DNA of 64,000 bases from contig CAWAUV010000007.1 in the NCBI GenBank assembly GCA_963785305.1, positions 1,280,001 to 1,344,000 of the forward strand, read 5' to 3'. Made by a program: the position numbers and the translations under genes. The notes beneath the pieces are model-generated. The model had not been told where the DNA came from, searched no databases, and was given only the letters and a program-made list of their open reading frames with translations. Positions 1 to 11,446 of the stretch are shown one piece after another. Within the stretch, counting starts at the first letter, position 1. Each line of letters begins with the position of its first letter. Origin of the DNA: an uncultured Planctomycetaceae bacterium (GTDB taxonomy: Bacteria; Planctomycetota; Planctomycetia; Pirellulales; PALSA-1355).

Positions 1-374
1 GAGGGCGGTCGGCGTAATCTGCCAGGACAATCCCCATCGGTCCTTGCACCAGCCGCACGCGCTCTCCTGACCGCCGTTGCCGACGATCGCGTTCCAGTAA
101 CGATCCGTTTCGGCCTGATCGGCCGTGGCGACCTGAAACGAAAACGCTTCGCTGTGTTTCATCGCCGGCCCGCCATTGAGGCCGAGGCATGGAATCCGCA
201 AGACGGTGAATTCGACGGTCAACACGTCGCCTTTCTTTCCCGAGGGAAAGTCTCCGGCGCGCGAACGATGGCGCCGACGGACGAATCGGGAAACGTCTCG
301 GCATAAAACCTCGCGGCCTCTTCGGCGCCGCCGTCGTACCAAAGACAGATCGTGTTCTTGGCATGATTCGCCAT
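1..374 (-). CDS. VOC/PhnB-like (3-demethylubiquinone-9 3-methyltransferase-like) protein; 3' end runs off window; one frameshift
   Basis: Manual translation from ATG at 374 (GGAG upstream): MANHAKNTICLWYDGGAEEAARFYAETFPDS...DVLTVEFTV...GLNGGP...SEAFSFQV...QAETDRYWNAI...ESACGWCKDRWGLSWQI. One base missing near 255. Not in the ORF track. Confidence 0.85.
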
Positions 375-465
375 TGTTGTTGCTCCAAGTGGATATTCGG
401 CGAGTTGACGAAGATTGCAGTGGCGCCCCGGCGGGAAAAAGGTGATGACCGTCGCGCAGCTTAGT

Positions 466-2374
466 CCTTAAACCAGTATCCCTTTGAGGGCGTGGGCGGG
501 GAGATTTTTGGAAAAAAGCGAAATCCCTCGGCGGATTTGCGGTATTCTGTGTTTTTTGCCAGTCACGAACACCACGGCCACCGAGGGATTTCGAGTGAAA
601 GCCAAGAACCAAAGAGCGCGGGCCAAGCGTCAGAGGGCGCAGGCCAAGGGCCGAAGAACACGGGCCAAGATACGCCGACGTCTCGCCGCATGCAAGCGGC
701 GGGTCGAGCGGCGCATCGACAAGCACAACTGCGAGGGTTGCGAGCGCCCGATCATGCGGCCCGGCAATATCAAGTATGAGCTTGCGGAGCGCGCAAGGCA
801 TGGCTTATGGCGGCTTGGGCGCGATGCGGTTGCTGGTCCAAGAACTGGGGCTGGCCGAAGCGATCGATCGGCGATTGCATCTGCTCAAGGTGCATCTGCC
901 ATATCATGAGAGCGATCATGTGCTCAACCTAGCGTTCAACGCCTTGTGCGACGGCGATTGCCTGGAAGACCTCGAACTGCGCCGCAACGACGAAGTCTAT
1001 CTCGACGCGCTCGGCGCCCGGCGCGTGCCCGACCCGACGACGGCGGGCGACTTCTGCCGCCGTTTCACGCCGAGCGACGTGCGGCGCTGCAAGAAGCTTT
1101 CCACGAAACACGACATAAAGCTTGGGCCCGCCAGCCCGCCGAGTTCTTCGCCCAAGCCCGCATCGACATGGACGGCGTGTTCGCGCCCACCGGCGGCCAG
1201 TGCAAGGAGGGCATGGACATCTCCCACAAGGGCGAGTGGGGCTATCATCCGCTGGTCGTGTCGCTGGCCAACACGGGCGAAGTGTTCTCGATCGTCAACC
1301 GCTCGGGCAACCGGCCCAGCCACGAAGGGGCGGCGGCCGAAGTCGATCGCGCGCTGGAAGTCTGCTTCGCCGGCGGCTTTCGCAAGGTGTTGCTCCGCGG
1401 CGACACCGACTTCTCGCAGACGACGCATCTGGACCGCTGGACGGACGACCCGCGCGTGCGATTCGTGTTCGGCATGGACGCCAAGCTGAAATTGCAGCTT
1501 TTGGCCGACGACTTGAAGGACAAGGCCTGGCAACCGCTCGAGCGCGCCGCGTTACGCCGTGAAGACCAAACGCCGCGCACGGCCGACCAACGTTAAAGAA
1601 GGCATCGTGCGCGAGCGGGGATTCAAGAACCTGCGGCTGGTGGGCGAAGAGGTCGCCGAGTTCGATTATCGACCCACGGCGTGCAAGAAGGTGTACCGCC
1701 TGGTGGTGGTGCGCAAGTGGATCGACGAGCACCAAGGTCAGCGGACGCTGTTTTCCAGCTATCGCTACTTCTTCTACTTGACGAACGATCGCGAGCTCAC
1801 GCCGGCCGAAGTGGTGTTCGAGGCGAACGACCGCTGCGATCAAGAGAACCTGAACGCGCAGCTTAAAGGCGCGGTGCGCGCCTTGCACGCGCCGGTCGAC
1901 AACTTGGTGAGCAACTGGGCCTACATGGTGATGGTCTCGCTGGCCTGGAACCTGAAGGCGTGGTGGGCCTTGCTCTTGCCCGAGCCGCCGGGCCGCGAAC
2001 AAGAAGCGCGGCGCGAGGAAAAGAAGACGGTGCTCAAGATGGAGTTCAAGACATTCCGCAACGCTTTCATTCGGATGCCATGTCAAATCGTGCGTGGCGG
2101 GCGAAGATTGATCTATCGTTTGTTGGGTTGGAATCGCTGGCAAGTCGTGTTGTTTCGCTGGCTGGACGGCCTGCGATGTTGACGCCGATCAATTGAAGCC
2201 GGAGTCCGGACGCTCCGGTCCGCCGCCACGCCGAACCAGGAAAGCCAACCGCCAATGCCAAACAAAAACCCGCCGCCGAGAGTAGCGCGCCCGCCGGCGC
2301 CGCCCGCTCACGCCGCGCGCACCGCCGGCCACGCGAAACCGCCGCAAAACGCAACCGCGTACGCTTGTTTAAGG
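466..2374 (+). mobile_element. IS1380-family insertion sequence, copy A
   Basis: Terminal inverted repeats CCTTAAACCAG (466) and CTTGTTTAAGG (ends 2374). Flanked by 6-bp direct repeat CTTAGT (460-465, 2375-2380). Contains a DDE transposase. Confidence 0.9.
595..2182 (+). CDS. IS1380-family transposase (frameshifted across several ORFs)
   Basis: GTG 595. Segments [20 protein letters not shown]...[39 protein letters not shown] and [14 protein letters not shown] lie in ORFs 484-909, 776-1489, 946-1596 and 1559-2182. Confidence 0.85.
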
Positions 2375-2477
2375 CTTAGTGGCTCCGCCAGCGTCCCATC
2401 TCTGAATGGCTAGTCGACAGAAGTGGGGTCATTCGAGATCGCCGCGCCGTTCGATTTTGCATTTGCGTTGGGGTCAC

Positions 2478-3101
2478 TCAGGCGTAAAGAGCCAAACGGC
2501 TCCATTTGACCGTCCACTTGTCGCCGTCTTTTTCCAAAAACATCGTGACCGTCGCGCCATGAGCCCAAGGCCCGATGTTCGCTCGGACGATCGCCTGTTT
2601 CCCGTCTTTTGAATAGCCAGGAAGCCAAGCCGATACCCAGCAGCGTGCATTAGGGTGCGCACGCTCGAACTCGACAATTCCGCCACCGGGCAGCTTTGCG
2701 ATCTCCACTCTTTCACCGAGTTTCAGGTCTGCAAATGACGCCAGCTTCGATTTATGCGTGCCCGGCTTCCCGTTGCGCGGCAGCAAGTCATCTTGAACGC
2801 TACGAGGAACCGTGTGGTCTTTGCCGATATCAACATTAACTTGCTCGGGCCGAATCATCGCTCCAGCATATTCTGGCGTGCGCTCATCCAGCACGACGTT
2901 CGCGCTTTCCAATGCGACATGCCGCATGTTGTAGTCGGCGTCAGTCAAGAGTCGCGAGAATACTACATCGAATACGAGTCGATCTCGTTCGTCGGGCGCA
3001 GTTGGCGATGCTGCCGGCGCCGGCGATATTTGTCCACACAAGGCGCAAAGCGTCAACAGCGAGAACTTGAGCCATCGACTGTTTTCTCTGTTTTGTTGCA
3101 T
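2478..3101 (-). CDS. Hypothetical exported protein
   Basis: Probable start MQQNRENSRWLKFSLLTLCALCGQISPAPA (signal-peptide-like) within ORF 2478-3236. No recognised domain. Confidence 0.55.
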   Translation of the reverse strand: MQQNRENSRWLKFSLLTLCALCGQISPAPAASPTAPDERDRLVFDVVFSRLLTDADYNMRHVALESANVVLDERTPEYAGAMIRPEQVNVDIGKDHTVPRSVQDDLLPRNGKPGTHKSKLASFADLKLGERVEIAKLPGGGIVEFERAHPNARCWVSAWLPGYSKDGKQAIVRANIGPWAHGATVTMFLEKDGDKWTVKWSRLALYA

Positions 3102-3858
3102 GGCGTCTGGTTCTACCCGATTGGGGAGGGAGGGGGGCGAACAAACCGGGAAGTTATTTTTATTCTGAACGATTTCCAGACAGTCACTGATCCGCCCTGG
3201 TTGAGCGATTGTAGCTGATTTTCGGTGTCCGGCCACGGAACTGCGCTCGCGTTGAAGCCGCAGCCCGCCGTAAAGAGGCGAGGCATTGGCGCCGGCGGGG
3301 GCGCGAAGAGAGGAGGAAGGCCGCGGAGCAAGCGGCGGCCGAGGTTTGCGTCGAGGCGATTCGGTTCAATCGATAGAAATGCCGATCGCCCAGCATGGCC
3401 GAGCACTTGTCCCGCGTCCGGCAATTTCGTCACCGCCCCGCGATCGCCTGCGGATAATCTAACTCTTGCTTTCTGCCGAGTTTAGAAGAAATCGGGGCGA
3501 CAAGACGGCTATTGAACTTTTTGTGGCGGCGGTCCGAGGCTATGAAGCCTTCTTGCTTAGGCGGCTGATTGACGGAAAACTTGTAGCAGAGTAAGTTAGC
3601 GTCGGCGATACGCGATGATGTATCGCAGACTTGCGGTGGTTCGAGACACCTGTCGACTGGTCCGACGCCCAACGGTCCTTGATCTTGGCTTTGGAATATT
3701 TCGCGACGACGATGCAATGCATTTTTTGCACTGGGATCGCCGGGCGACCATTGAGTGCTCTTTTTCAGCGAGCCTGCGCCATAATTTCAAAGAATAGCAT
3801 GACCCAAGGTTCAGCTATTCCCTGGCCGTTTTCTGCGCAACTAGAGAGGGTGATAACT

Positions 3859-5251
3859 ATGCCTGAACCCCAACGGTATGATGTCCTTGTACTTGGCGGC
3901 GGGGCGGGCGGTAACTTCATGGCCTGGCACATGGCCAAGGCCGGGCTGCGGACTGCCGTTGTCGAGCGCAAGTTGATCGGCGGCAGCTGCCCGAACACCA
4001 ATTGTCTACCGAGCAAAAACGAGATCTGGAGCGCGAAAGTCGCTGATCTGGTCCATCACGCGGCCAGGTTTGGGCTTGTGGCCGGTTCGACCGCCATCGA
4101 CATGGGACGCGTGCGCCAACGCAAACGCGCGATGGTCGATGGGATTGTCGCCGTCCTACTCAACCAATACAAGGTCAGCGGCGCCGAACTGGTCATGGGC
4201 ACGGGGGCCTTCGTCTCGCCAAAAACGCTGGAGGTTCGGCTGAACGACGGCGGCACGCGCATACTCACGGGCGAGCGCGTCTTTGTGAACGTGGGTACCA
4301 GCGCCACCATCCCGCCGATCCCCGGGCTGGCAGCCGCTAAGCCGCTTACCCACATTGAGGTGCTTGAACTAGACCGGCTGCCCGACCACCTCGTCGTACT
4401 CGGCGGCGGATATGTTGGTCTTGAATTTGCTCAGGCCTATCGGCGCTTCGGCAGCCGAGTGACGGTCATCGAGCCGGGTCCGCAACTCCTCAGTCACGAG
4501 GATCCAGACATCGCGGAAGAAATCCGCCGCATTCTCATCAGCGAGGAGATCGAGGTTCTGTGCGGTACCAAAATTCTCGGAGTCGAGGGGCGATCAGGAG
4601 AAGGCCTCCGCCTGCGCGAAGACGGCCAATCGGGAGCGCACCATCGCTAGCAGCGATGTCCTCGTGGCGGCGGGAAGGACTGCTAATACGGCCGGCATTG
4701 GACTCGAAAGCGCCGGAGTCGAGTTGGACGCGAATGGTTTCGTCAAAGTCAATGATCGTCTCGAGACTACCGCTCACAATGTTTGGGCGATCGGCGAATG
4801 CGCCGGCAGTCCACAATTCACGCACATCTCCTTGGACGACTTTCGGATCATCAGGGACAACTTAGCCGGGGGAAATCGCAGCACCCGCGATCGGATCATT
4901 CCTTATTGCTTGTTCACGGATCCTCCACTGGCAAGGGTCGGAATTCACGAAGAAGAAGCCCGCCAGCGAAAAATCGCCGTCCGTGTGGCCACGCTCCCTA
5001 TGAGCCATGTATTGCGAACCCAGACCACCGGTGAGACGGCCGGTGTTATGAAAGTCCTCGTGGAAGCGCACGGTGACCGCATCCTCGGTTTTGCGATGAT
5101 CGGGCCTGAGGCCGGAGAAGTCATGACGGTGGTGCAGACGGCCATGCTCGCCGGTTTGCCCTACACATTCTTTCGCGACGCTATTCTCGCCCATCCAACG
5201 ATGGCCGAGGGCCTCAATGGACTGTTCGCCGCGGTCCCATCGGTTCACTGA
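3859..5251 (+). CDS. Pyridine nucleotide-disulfide oxidoreductase class I (RclA/dihydrolipoamide dehydrogenase/MerA-like), frameshift near 4615
   Basis: GGGAGG FAD motif, redox GGSCPNTNCLPSK, GGGYVGLE NAD(P) motif, WAIGECAG, C-terminal AHPTMAEG. Confidence 0.9.
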
Positions 5252-5326
5252 TCCGGATTTTTGTGTTTGATTCTAAGGAGCCTGCCCACCCGACGAATAC
5301 CCTTTAAGGCAACTGGGAACGATTCC

Positions 5327-5938
5327 ATGAAGATGGTCGCTAAAGAGATAGCCGGATACTCGTATGGGATGGCCGATGTCGCCAAATCGCCTGTCTCACT
5401 GCAGGAACTCGAAGATTTGAAAAGTAGCGTGGGCTTCACGAAGGAAGACCAAGACTTCCTACGGCGTGCCGGTGATGTGCTCGCAGAGCAGACCAAGGAA
5501 ATAGTCGACCACTGGCGCAAAGGAATCATCGCCAGCATCCCGCACCTTGCCCGACATACTCGCACGCCCGAAGGGAACGCGATTCCAGAATATCTGGAAA
5601 AGAGTAACCTTCGTTTTCAGCAGTGGATCATAGACACTTGTTTGCGGCCCTACGATCAGGAGTGGCTCAATTACCAACACGAAATCGCTCTACGACATAC
5701 CAGTTTAAGAAAGAACCAGGTCGACGGAATTAGGTCCACGCCGTTCGTTCCATTTCGTGACATTATTGCATTCATTGTGGTGATGAACCAGACCATCAAG
5801 CCGTATCTTGCGGCGAAGTGCAACTCCGTGGAAGATGTGGACAAGATGCATTGGGCGTGGTGCAAGTCAATTCAGTTACAACTTACGCTTTGGGCTCGCG
5901 TTTACATGGACACCAAGCAGAAGCTGGACGATTGGTAA
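5327..5938 (+). CDS. Protoglobin
   Basis: IAGYSYG...SPVSLQELEDLK..VGFTKED...RFQQWIIDTCLRPYDQEWLNYQHEIALRH..KNQVDG matches the protoglobin signature, with the proximal His in IALRH. Confidence 0.9.
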   Translation: MKMVAKEIAGYSYGMADVAKSPVSLQELEDLKSSVGFTKEDQDFLRRAGDVLAEQTKEIVDHWRKGIIASIPHLARHTRTPEGNAIPEYLEKSNLRFQQWIIDTCLRPYDQEWLNYQHEIALRHTSLRKNQVDGIRSTPFVPFRDIIAFIVVMNQTIKPYLAAKCNSVEDVDKMHWAWCKSIQLQLTLWARVYMDTKQKLDDW

Positions 5939-6263
5939 AATACCGGCCCAAACTCCCAACCGAGCCGACGGCAATCGAGACCTTGCGGACGTCGGTTCGG
6001 AAGACCGAAGCGCCGACTTTGGAGCTTGTCCGAGCATGAAACCGCCGTTCTTTGGCAGCAACCGGCCGTCGCGAGAGTGGCGAGGGGATTTGAACTCGGT
6101 AACTTGAGGATTAGCAGTGCCTTCAAATGGTCGTGCCGCCCAGTCGATCTCAATTGGCTGGCTGCACTTGGTGGGTGTGCTTAAACATCAAGGGCAAAGC
6201 GTTGCCGTTAAACGAGGTTCGTCTCGTCGCACATTCAGTCGGCCGCCCAACAGTGTGTCTAGT

Positions 6264-8118
6264 CCTTAAACAAGCGTAGCTGGATCCGGCTTGCCGGCCT
6301 TTTCGTCGGCTGGCGGGGCGCAGCAACGGCGTCCGGTGCCGGCAGGCACGCGGTTCGGTTCGGGTTGTCGTCGGGCATGGTCGATTGCTTTCTGTGGCTG
6401 GGCGTGGCGGCGGACCGGAGCATCCGGACTCCGGCTTCAATGAACTTTGGTTCAACAGCGAAGCTGATCGAGCCAGCGGAACAGCACCCGCTGCCAAGGG
6501 CTCCAATTCAACAAGCGGTAGATCAAACGCCGGCCGGTCTGCACGATCTGACAGGGCAACCGCACCACGGCGTTGCGGAACGTCTTGAACTCCATCCGCA
6601 ACACCCGCTGCTTTTCCTCGCGACCTCCGGCTCGCTCTGTGGCCCGCGCCCCTCGGGCAAGCACAGAGTGCCCACCAGGCTTTCAGGTTCCAGGCCAGCG
6701 ACGTCATCACCATGTAGGCCCAGTTGCTCACCAGGTTGTCGACCGGCGCGTGCAAGGCCCGCACGCTGCCCTTGAGTTGGGCAGCAGGTTCTCTTGATCG
6801 CAGCGATCGTTGGCCTCGAACACGACTTCCGCCGCCGACAAGCCACCGGTCATTGGTAAGGTAGAAGAAGTAGCGGTAGTCGGGAACAACACCGCTTGGC
6901 CCTGGCATGACTTCCAGGCAACTTCTTCACCACGATCATGCGATAGGTCTTCTGGCAGGCCGCCGGCCGGTACTCGAACTCGGCAACCTCTTCCCCACCA
7001 GCCGGATGTTCTTGAACTCGCGCTGGCGTACGATCGGTTCTTTGACGTTGTCCGGCCGTGCTCCGGGGCTTGGTCTGCACCTGCGTAGCGCGGCGGACGA
7101 ACCGAGCTTTTTCCAGGCTTTTTCCGGCAAATCGTCGGCCAACACGTGCAAGATTCGGCAGTGCAGTCGATGCCGAAGATGAACCGCACCCGCGGGTCGT
7201 CGCTCCAGCGGTCGAGATGCCTGGTCTGCGTGAAGTCGGTGTCGCCACGCAACAGCACCTGCCGAAGCCGCCGGCGAAGCAGATTTCCAGCACGCGATCG
7301 ACTTCCTCCGCCGCCCCTTCGTGGCTGGGCCGATTGCCCGAGCGGTTGACCACGCTCAGCACCTCGCCCGTGTTGGCCAGCGACACCACCAGCGGATGAT
7401 AGCCCCAGGTGCCCTTGTAGGAGATGTCCATGCCCTGTTTGCACTCGCCGCCGGTGGGCACCAGCGTGCCGTCCATGTCGATCCGCGCTTCGTCGGAAGA
7501 ACTCGCCGGGCTGTCGAGCCCAGGCCTTCTGCCGCATTTCGTGGAAGACGTCGAGCAGCGTGCGGACATGGTGCTCCTGGAAGCGGCGGCAGAAGTCGCC
7601 GGCGGTGGTCGGGTCGGGAATGCGCCGCGCGCCCAAGGCGTCGAGATAGACTTCGTCGGTGCGCCGCAGTTCCAAGTCTTCCAGGCAATCGCCGTCGCAC
7701 AGGGCGTTGTAGGCCAGGTTCAGCACGTGATCGCTTTCGTGATACGGCAGATGAATCTTCAGCAGGTGCAGCCGGCGGTCGATGGCCTCGGCCAGGCCGA
7801 GTTCCTGCACCAGCAACCGCATCGAGCCGATGACCGCCGTAGGCCAGACCTTGCGTGCGCTGGGCCAATTCATAACGGATGTTGCCCGGCCGCAGCATCG
7901 GCCGCTCGCATCCTTCGCAGTTCGACTTCTCGATTCGTCGATCCAGACGACTCTTGCGGGCGGCCAGTTGTCGGCGTATCTTGATGTTCACTCGAAATCC
8001 TTCCGTGGCTGCGGTGTTTGCGAATTCAACACTCACAAAATACCGCAAAACCGCTGAAGGATTTCGTTTTTTTCTGCCCGCGAGGAAAAATCACGCCTCC
8101 GAGTACGCTTGGTTAAGG
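6264..8118 (-). mobile_element. IS1380-family insertion sequence, copy B (diverged paralogue of copy A)
   Basis: Inverted repeats CCTTAAACAAGCGTA (6264) and TACGCTTGGTTAAGG (ends 8118). Flanked by 6-bp direct repeat TCTAGT (6258-6263, 8119-8124). Confidence 0.9.
6452..7991 (-). CDS. IS1380-family transposase (multiply frameshifted)
   Basis: GTG 7991 ([13 protein letters not shown]). Same motifs as copy [52 protein letters not shown]. Confidence 0.85.
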
Positions 8119-8181
8119 TCTAGTCGGGGCGACAGCCGACTGTCTTGATTCCGCAACTGGTATCGAACAGGAGTATGAAAT

Positions 8182-8936
8182 ATGGAGGCGAAACTCGCGG
8201 GCAAAATTGCCCTCATCACAGGTGGCACCAGCGGGCTCGGACTCGCGACCGCAAAGCGCTTCATCTCCGAAGGCGCGAAGGTTGTCGTCACCGGACGCCG
8301 TCAAGTCGAACTCGACGCGGCCGTTATGGAACTCGGTGAAAGCGCCTTCGGGGTGCGGGGGGACGTGACGAACCTGACTGATCTTGACGACCTCTACGCG
8401 ACAATCCGCGAGAAGTTCTCTCGCCTCGACATTCTGTTCGCCAATGCGGGCGGCGGAGCGTTTGTCCCCCTTGGAGAAATCACCGAAGAGCATTTCGACA
8501 AGTACTTCGGGATCAACGTGAAGGGAACGCTCTTCACGGTGCAGAAGGCGCTGCCGCTCATGGCGCCGGGCAGTGCAATCGTGATCAACGCTTCGATGGT
8601 TACAGTCAAGGGGTTGCCGGGTTTCAGCGTTTACGCGGCAACGAAGGCGGCACTCCGATCATTTCGCGCACTTGGGCGGTGGACCTGAAAGGGACGAACA
8701 TCCGCGTCAACGTGGTGAGTCCTGGAACGGTCGTCACCCCCGCGTACAAGAGCGAACTGGGGATGAACGATGAGCAAATCCAAGCGTTTGAGGCGGAGGC
8801 GGCCTCGAAAACACCGCTCGGACGGTCGGGCACGCCGGATGAGATCGCCCGTGCAGTCGTCTTCCTCGCTTCCGACGATAGCAGTTACATGACAGGGACC
8901 GAATTATTCGTGGACGGTGGCGCTGCCCAGATCTAG
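8182..8936 (+). CDS. Short-chain dehydrogenase/reductase, frameshift near 8670
   Basis: [17 protein letters not shown] catalytic motif, [16 protein letters not shown]. Confidence 0.9.
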
Positions 8937-9365
8937 CGTGCCAAGTGAACCTAAACGCAAAAGCGACATTCATTCAACGCACGTGCAGAAGTCCGCGATA
9001 GCCCCCGCGCTCGCAGCGGGAGATTTCCGCAAGAAGCGAACCGGAGCCACGAGCGGAACAAGATTCAGAGTAGAACCGGCGACGGTGGCCATGTACCGGC
9101 TAGCGGCGTTCAGCTCACCTGCGTATTGGATCAGGAGAGCGGTTAGGATCGCCTGATTCGCCCCGTGCTGGTGAAGATTATGCTGGGCATGAGGCGCTTT
9201 ACTTGGTGATCAGCAGCTGGGCGGCTTTTGTCGAAAAGCAATCACTGCACTGTCGGCTCTTCGTCAGCGTGACGACTCTCAGAAGCGACGCGGTTTGGAG
9301 TCATCGTAGTCTATTTTGTTCAAGGCCGCGAGACGGTACACCACCGCACTATCAATGCAACATAA

Positions 9366-9440
9366 TCGGGGCGACAGGATTTGAACCTGCGACCTCTTGA
9401 CCCCCAGTCAAGCGCGCTAGCCAGGCTGCGCCACGCCCCG
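9366..9440 (-). tRNA. tRNA-Pro(GGG), CCA not encoded
   Basis: Minus strand reads CGGGGCGTGGCGCAGCCTGGCTAGCGCGCTTGACTGGGGGTCAAGAGGTCGCAGGTTCAAATCCTGTCGCCCCGA. Acceptor stem CGGGGCG/CGCCCCG, anticodon stem CTTGA/TCAAG around loop CTGGGGG, T-loop GTTCAAATC. Confidence 0.97.
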
Positions 9441-9738
9441 TGTGGTTCGAGGCGCGGGCGATCCAATGCCGGTCGGGCGCCGTAATTATCGCGCTCCGGC
9501 GGCCGGTTCGCCACGCTGCCTCTCGCCCCGTTATAGTAATCCGTCTGGCGCGCCACAAGGCGCCGGATAAATCTTGCGCCTCGGGCGGAGATTTTTCCGT
9601 AGTCCCGAGGGACAGCTCCCCCAGCGGGCCGCATACCGCCGGGCAATCGAGTCGGATAGTATTTGCTCCCAGGACTCGGTGCTCAAGTCTCTCGTTCCCG
9701 TACGGTTCTCTACTTCTTCCAGCGAAGGCGACCTAGCG

Positions 9739-11155
9739 ATGCCGATGTTTATTGCCGGACAGTGGCGGGACACGGCCCGGATGTTCGAGGTTCGCAATCC
9801 CTTTAGCGGCGAGGTGATTGACCAAGCGCCGATCGCCGAACCCGCCGATGTCGAAGACGCCCTTGGCGGGGCGACTGAAGGCGCCCGCGTCATGCGTGGG
9901 CTCGCCGGCTACGAACGGTTTCGCATTCTTCGCCGGGCGGCCGATCTTGTGGTCGAGCGGCGGGAGTCGCTCGGGCGGCTCATTAGCTCCGAAGAAGGCA
10001 AGACGCTCGCCGAAGGGCGCGCCGAAGCCCTACGCGCCTCCGAGACGCTCGAGCTTTCGGCCGAGGAAGCCAAGCGGCTCTCGGGCGAGACCCTGCCGCT
10101 CGACGGCGCGAGCAACGGCGCCGGTAAGCTCGGGTTCACGCTCCGCGTGCCCTGCGGCGTGGTGGCGGCGATCACTCCGTTTAACTTTCCGCTGAATCTG
10201 GTTTGCCACAAGGCGGGGCCCGCGCTGGCGGCGGGCAACGCGGTGATCATCAAGCCGGCCAGCGACACGCCGCTTTCGGCCCTCGCGCTGACTGCGCATT
10301 TTGCTCGAAGCCGGACTACCACCGCTGGCGATTGCGTGCGTCACCGGCGCCGGCAAGGTCGTGGGCGACGCGCTGGCCCGCGATGGCCGAGTGCGCAAGA
10401 TCAGCTTCACCGGCAGCCGCGAGGTGGGCGCGCATATCACACAGTTGGCGGGCGTGAAACGCATCACGCTCGAGCTCGGGTCGAATTGCCCGCTGATTGT
10501 GATGGACGACGCCGACCTCGAGCTTGTGGCCCAGGCCACGGTGGCGAGCGGCTATGGCAATGCGGGCCAGGTCTGTGTGTCGGCCCAGCGGGTGATCGTC
10601 GCGAGAAAATCCTATGGCGACTTTCTCGACGCACTCCAACCCAAAGTGGCGAGCCTCGTCACCGGCGATCAACTCGCGCCGCGAACGCAAATGGGCCCGA
10701 TGGTCCGCGAGGCCGACGCGCGGCGGGTGAGCCAGTGGATCGACGAGGCCCGGCATGAGGGGGCTCGGGTGCTGGTGGGCGGAAGCCACTCGGGCGCCGT
10801 GCATGAGCCGACGATCGTAGCCGATGTCACGCCGAAGATGCGTATCTTTCGCGAGGAGCTGTTTGGCCCGGCGGTGGCGGTGTCGCCGGCCGACGATCTC
10901 ACGGCGGCGATTGCCCTGGCCAACGACACTCCCTACGGCCTCGGCGCCTCGATATTCACTCGCGATATCGGCCGGGCGATGCGATTTGCCCGCGAGGTCG
11001 ACGCCGGCAATCTGCACATCAATTCGGGCCCAAGCTGGCGGGCCGACATGATGCCCTACGGCGGGCTCAAGCAGAGCGGCGTGGGCCGCGAGGGAGTTCG
11101 CTATGCGGTCGAGGAAATGTCGGAGTGGAAGACGGTGGTGTTCCATGGGATGTGA
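9739..11155 (+). CDS. NAD(P)-dependent aldehyde dehydrogenase, frameshift near 10300
   Basis: ITPFNFP, KPASDTP, FTGS, LELGSN, GQVCVS (catalytic Cys), EELFGP, PYGGLKQSG. Confidence 0.92.
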
Positions 11156-11183
11156 GACGCGCGAATGCGGCCGAGGAACGGAT

Positions 11184-11343
11184 GAGGAGAATTCGGCCAC
11201 GGACACGCACGGAAACGGCACGGAAAAGGCGGGTGACGAGGAGAATGCGGGCCAGGACACGCACGGGAAGGACTCGGAAAGGGCGGATGACGGGGAGAAT
11301 TCGGCCACGGACACGCACGGAAACGGCACGGAAAGGGCGGGGT
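11184..11343. repeat. Three tandem 54-bp imperfect intergenic repeats (REP-like)
   Basis: Units start at 11184, 11238 and 11292, consensus GAGGAGAATTCGGCCACGGACACGCACGGAAACGGCACGGAAA(A/G)GGCGG. They lie between convergent genes. Confidence 0.85.
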
Positions 11344-11446
11344 TAGGGGATAAAAGGCGGCGTTTCGCCAGGTAATCGAGGCCGGAATGGAATGATCGAC
11401 GAGGGGGGATCGAAACTGGATAATCGACGTGCGGGCGACGCGAGAG

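Noticed and set aside
3240..3460. Possible recombinase remnant (DEIAGRGTSARP on the minus strand)
   Set aside because: Only a few residues of resemblance, with no continuous frame or catalytic motif.
3859..5251. Mercuric reductase merA
   Set aside because: No C-terminal Cys-Cys pair, no N-terminal metal-binding domain and no mer genes nearby.
466..8118. Composite transposon carrying the reductase and protoglobin
   Set aside because: Each IS has its own different target duplication and the copies are clearly diverged, so they inserted independently.
11184..11343. Mini CRISPR array
   Set aside because: Contiguous tandem units with no distinct spacers and no leader.
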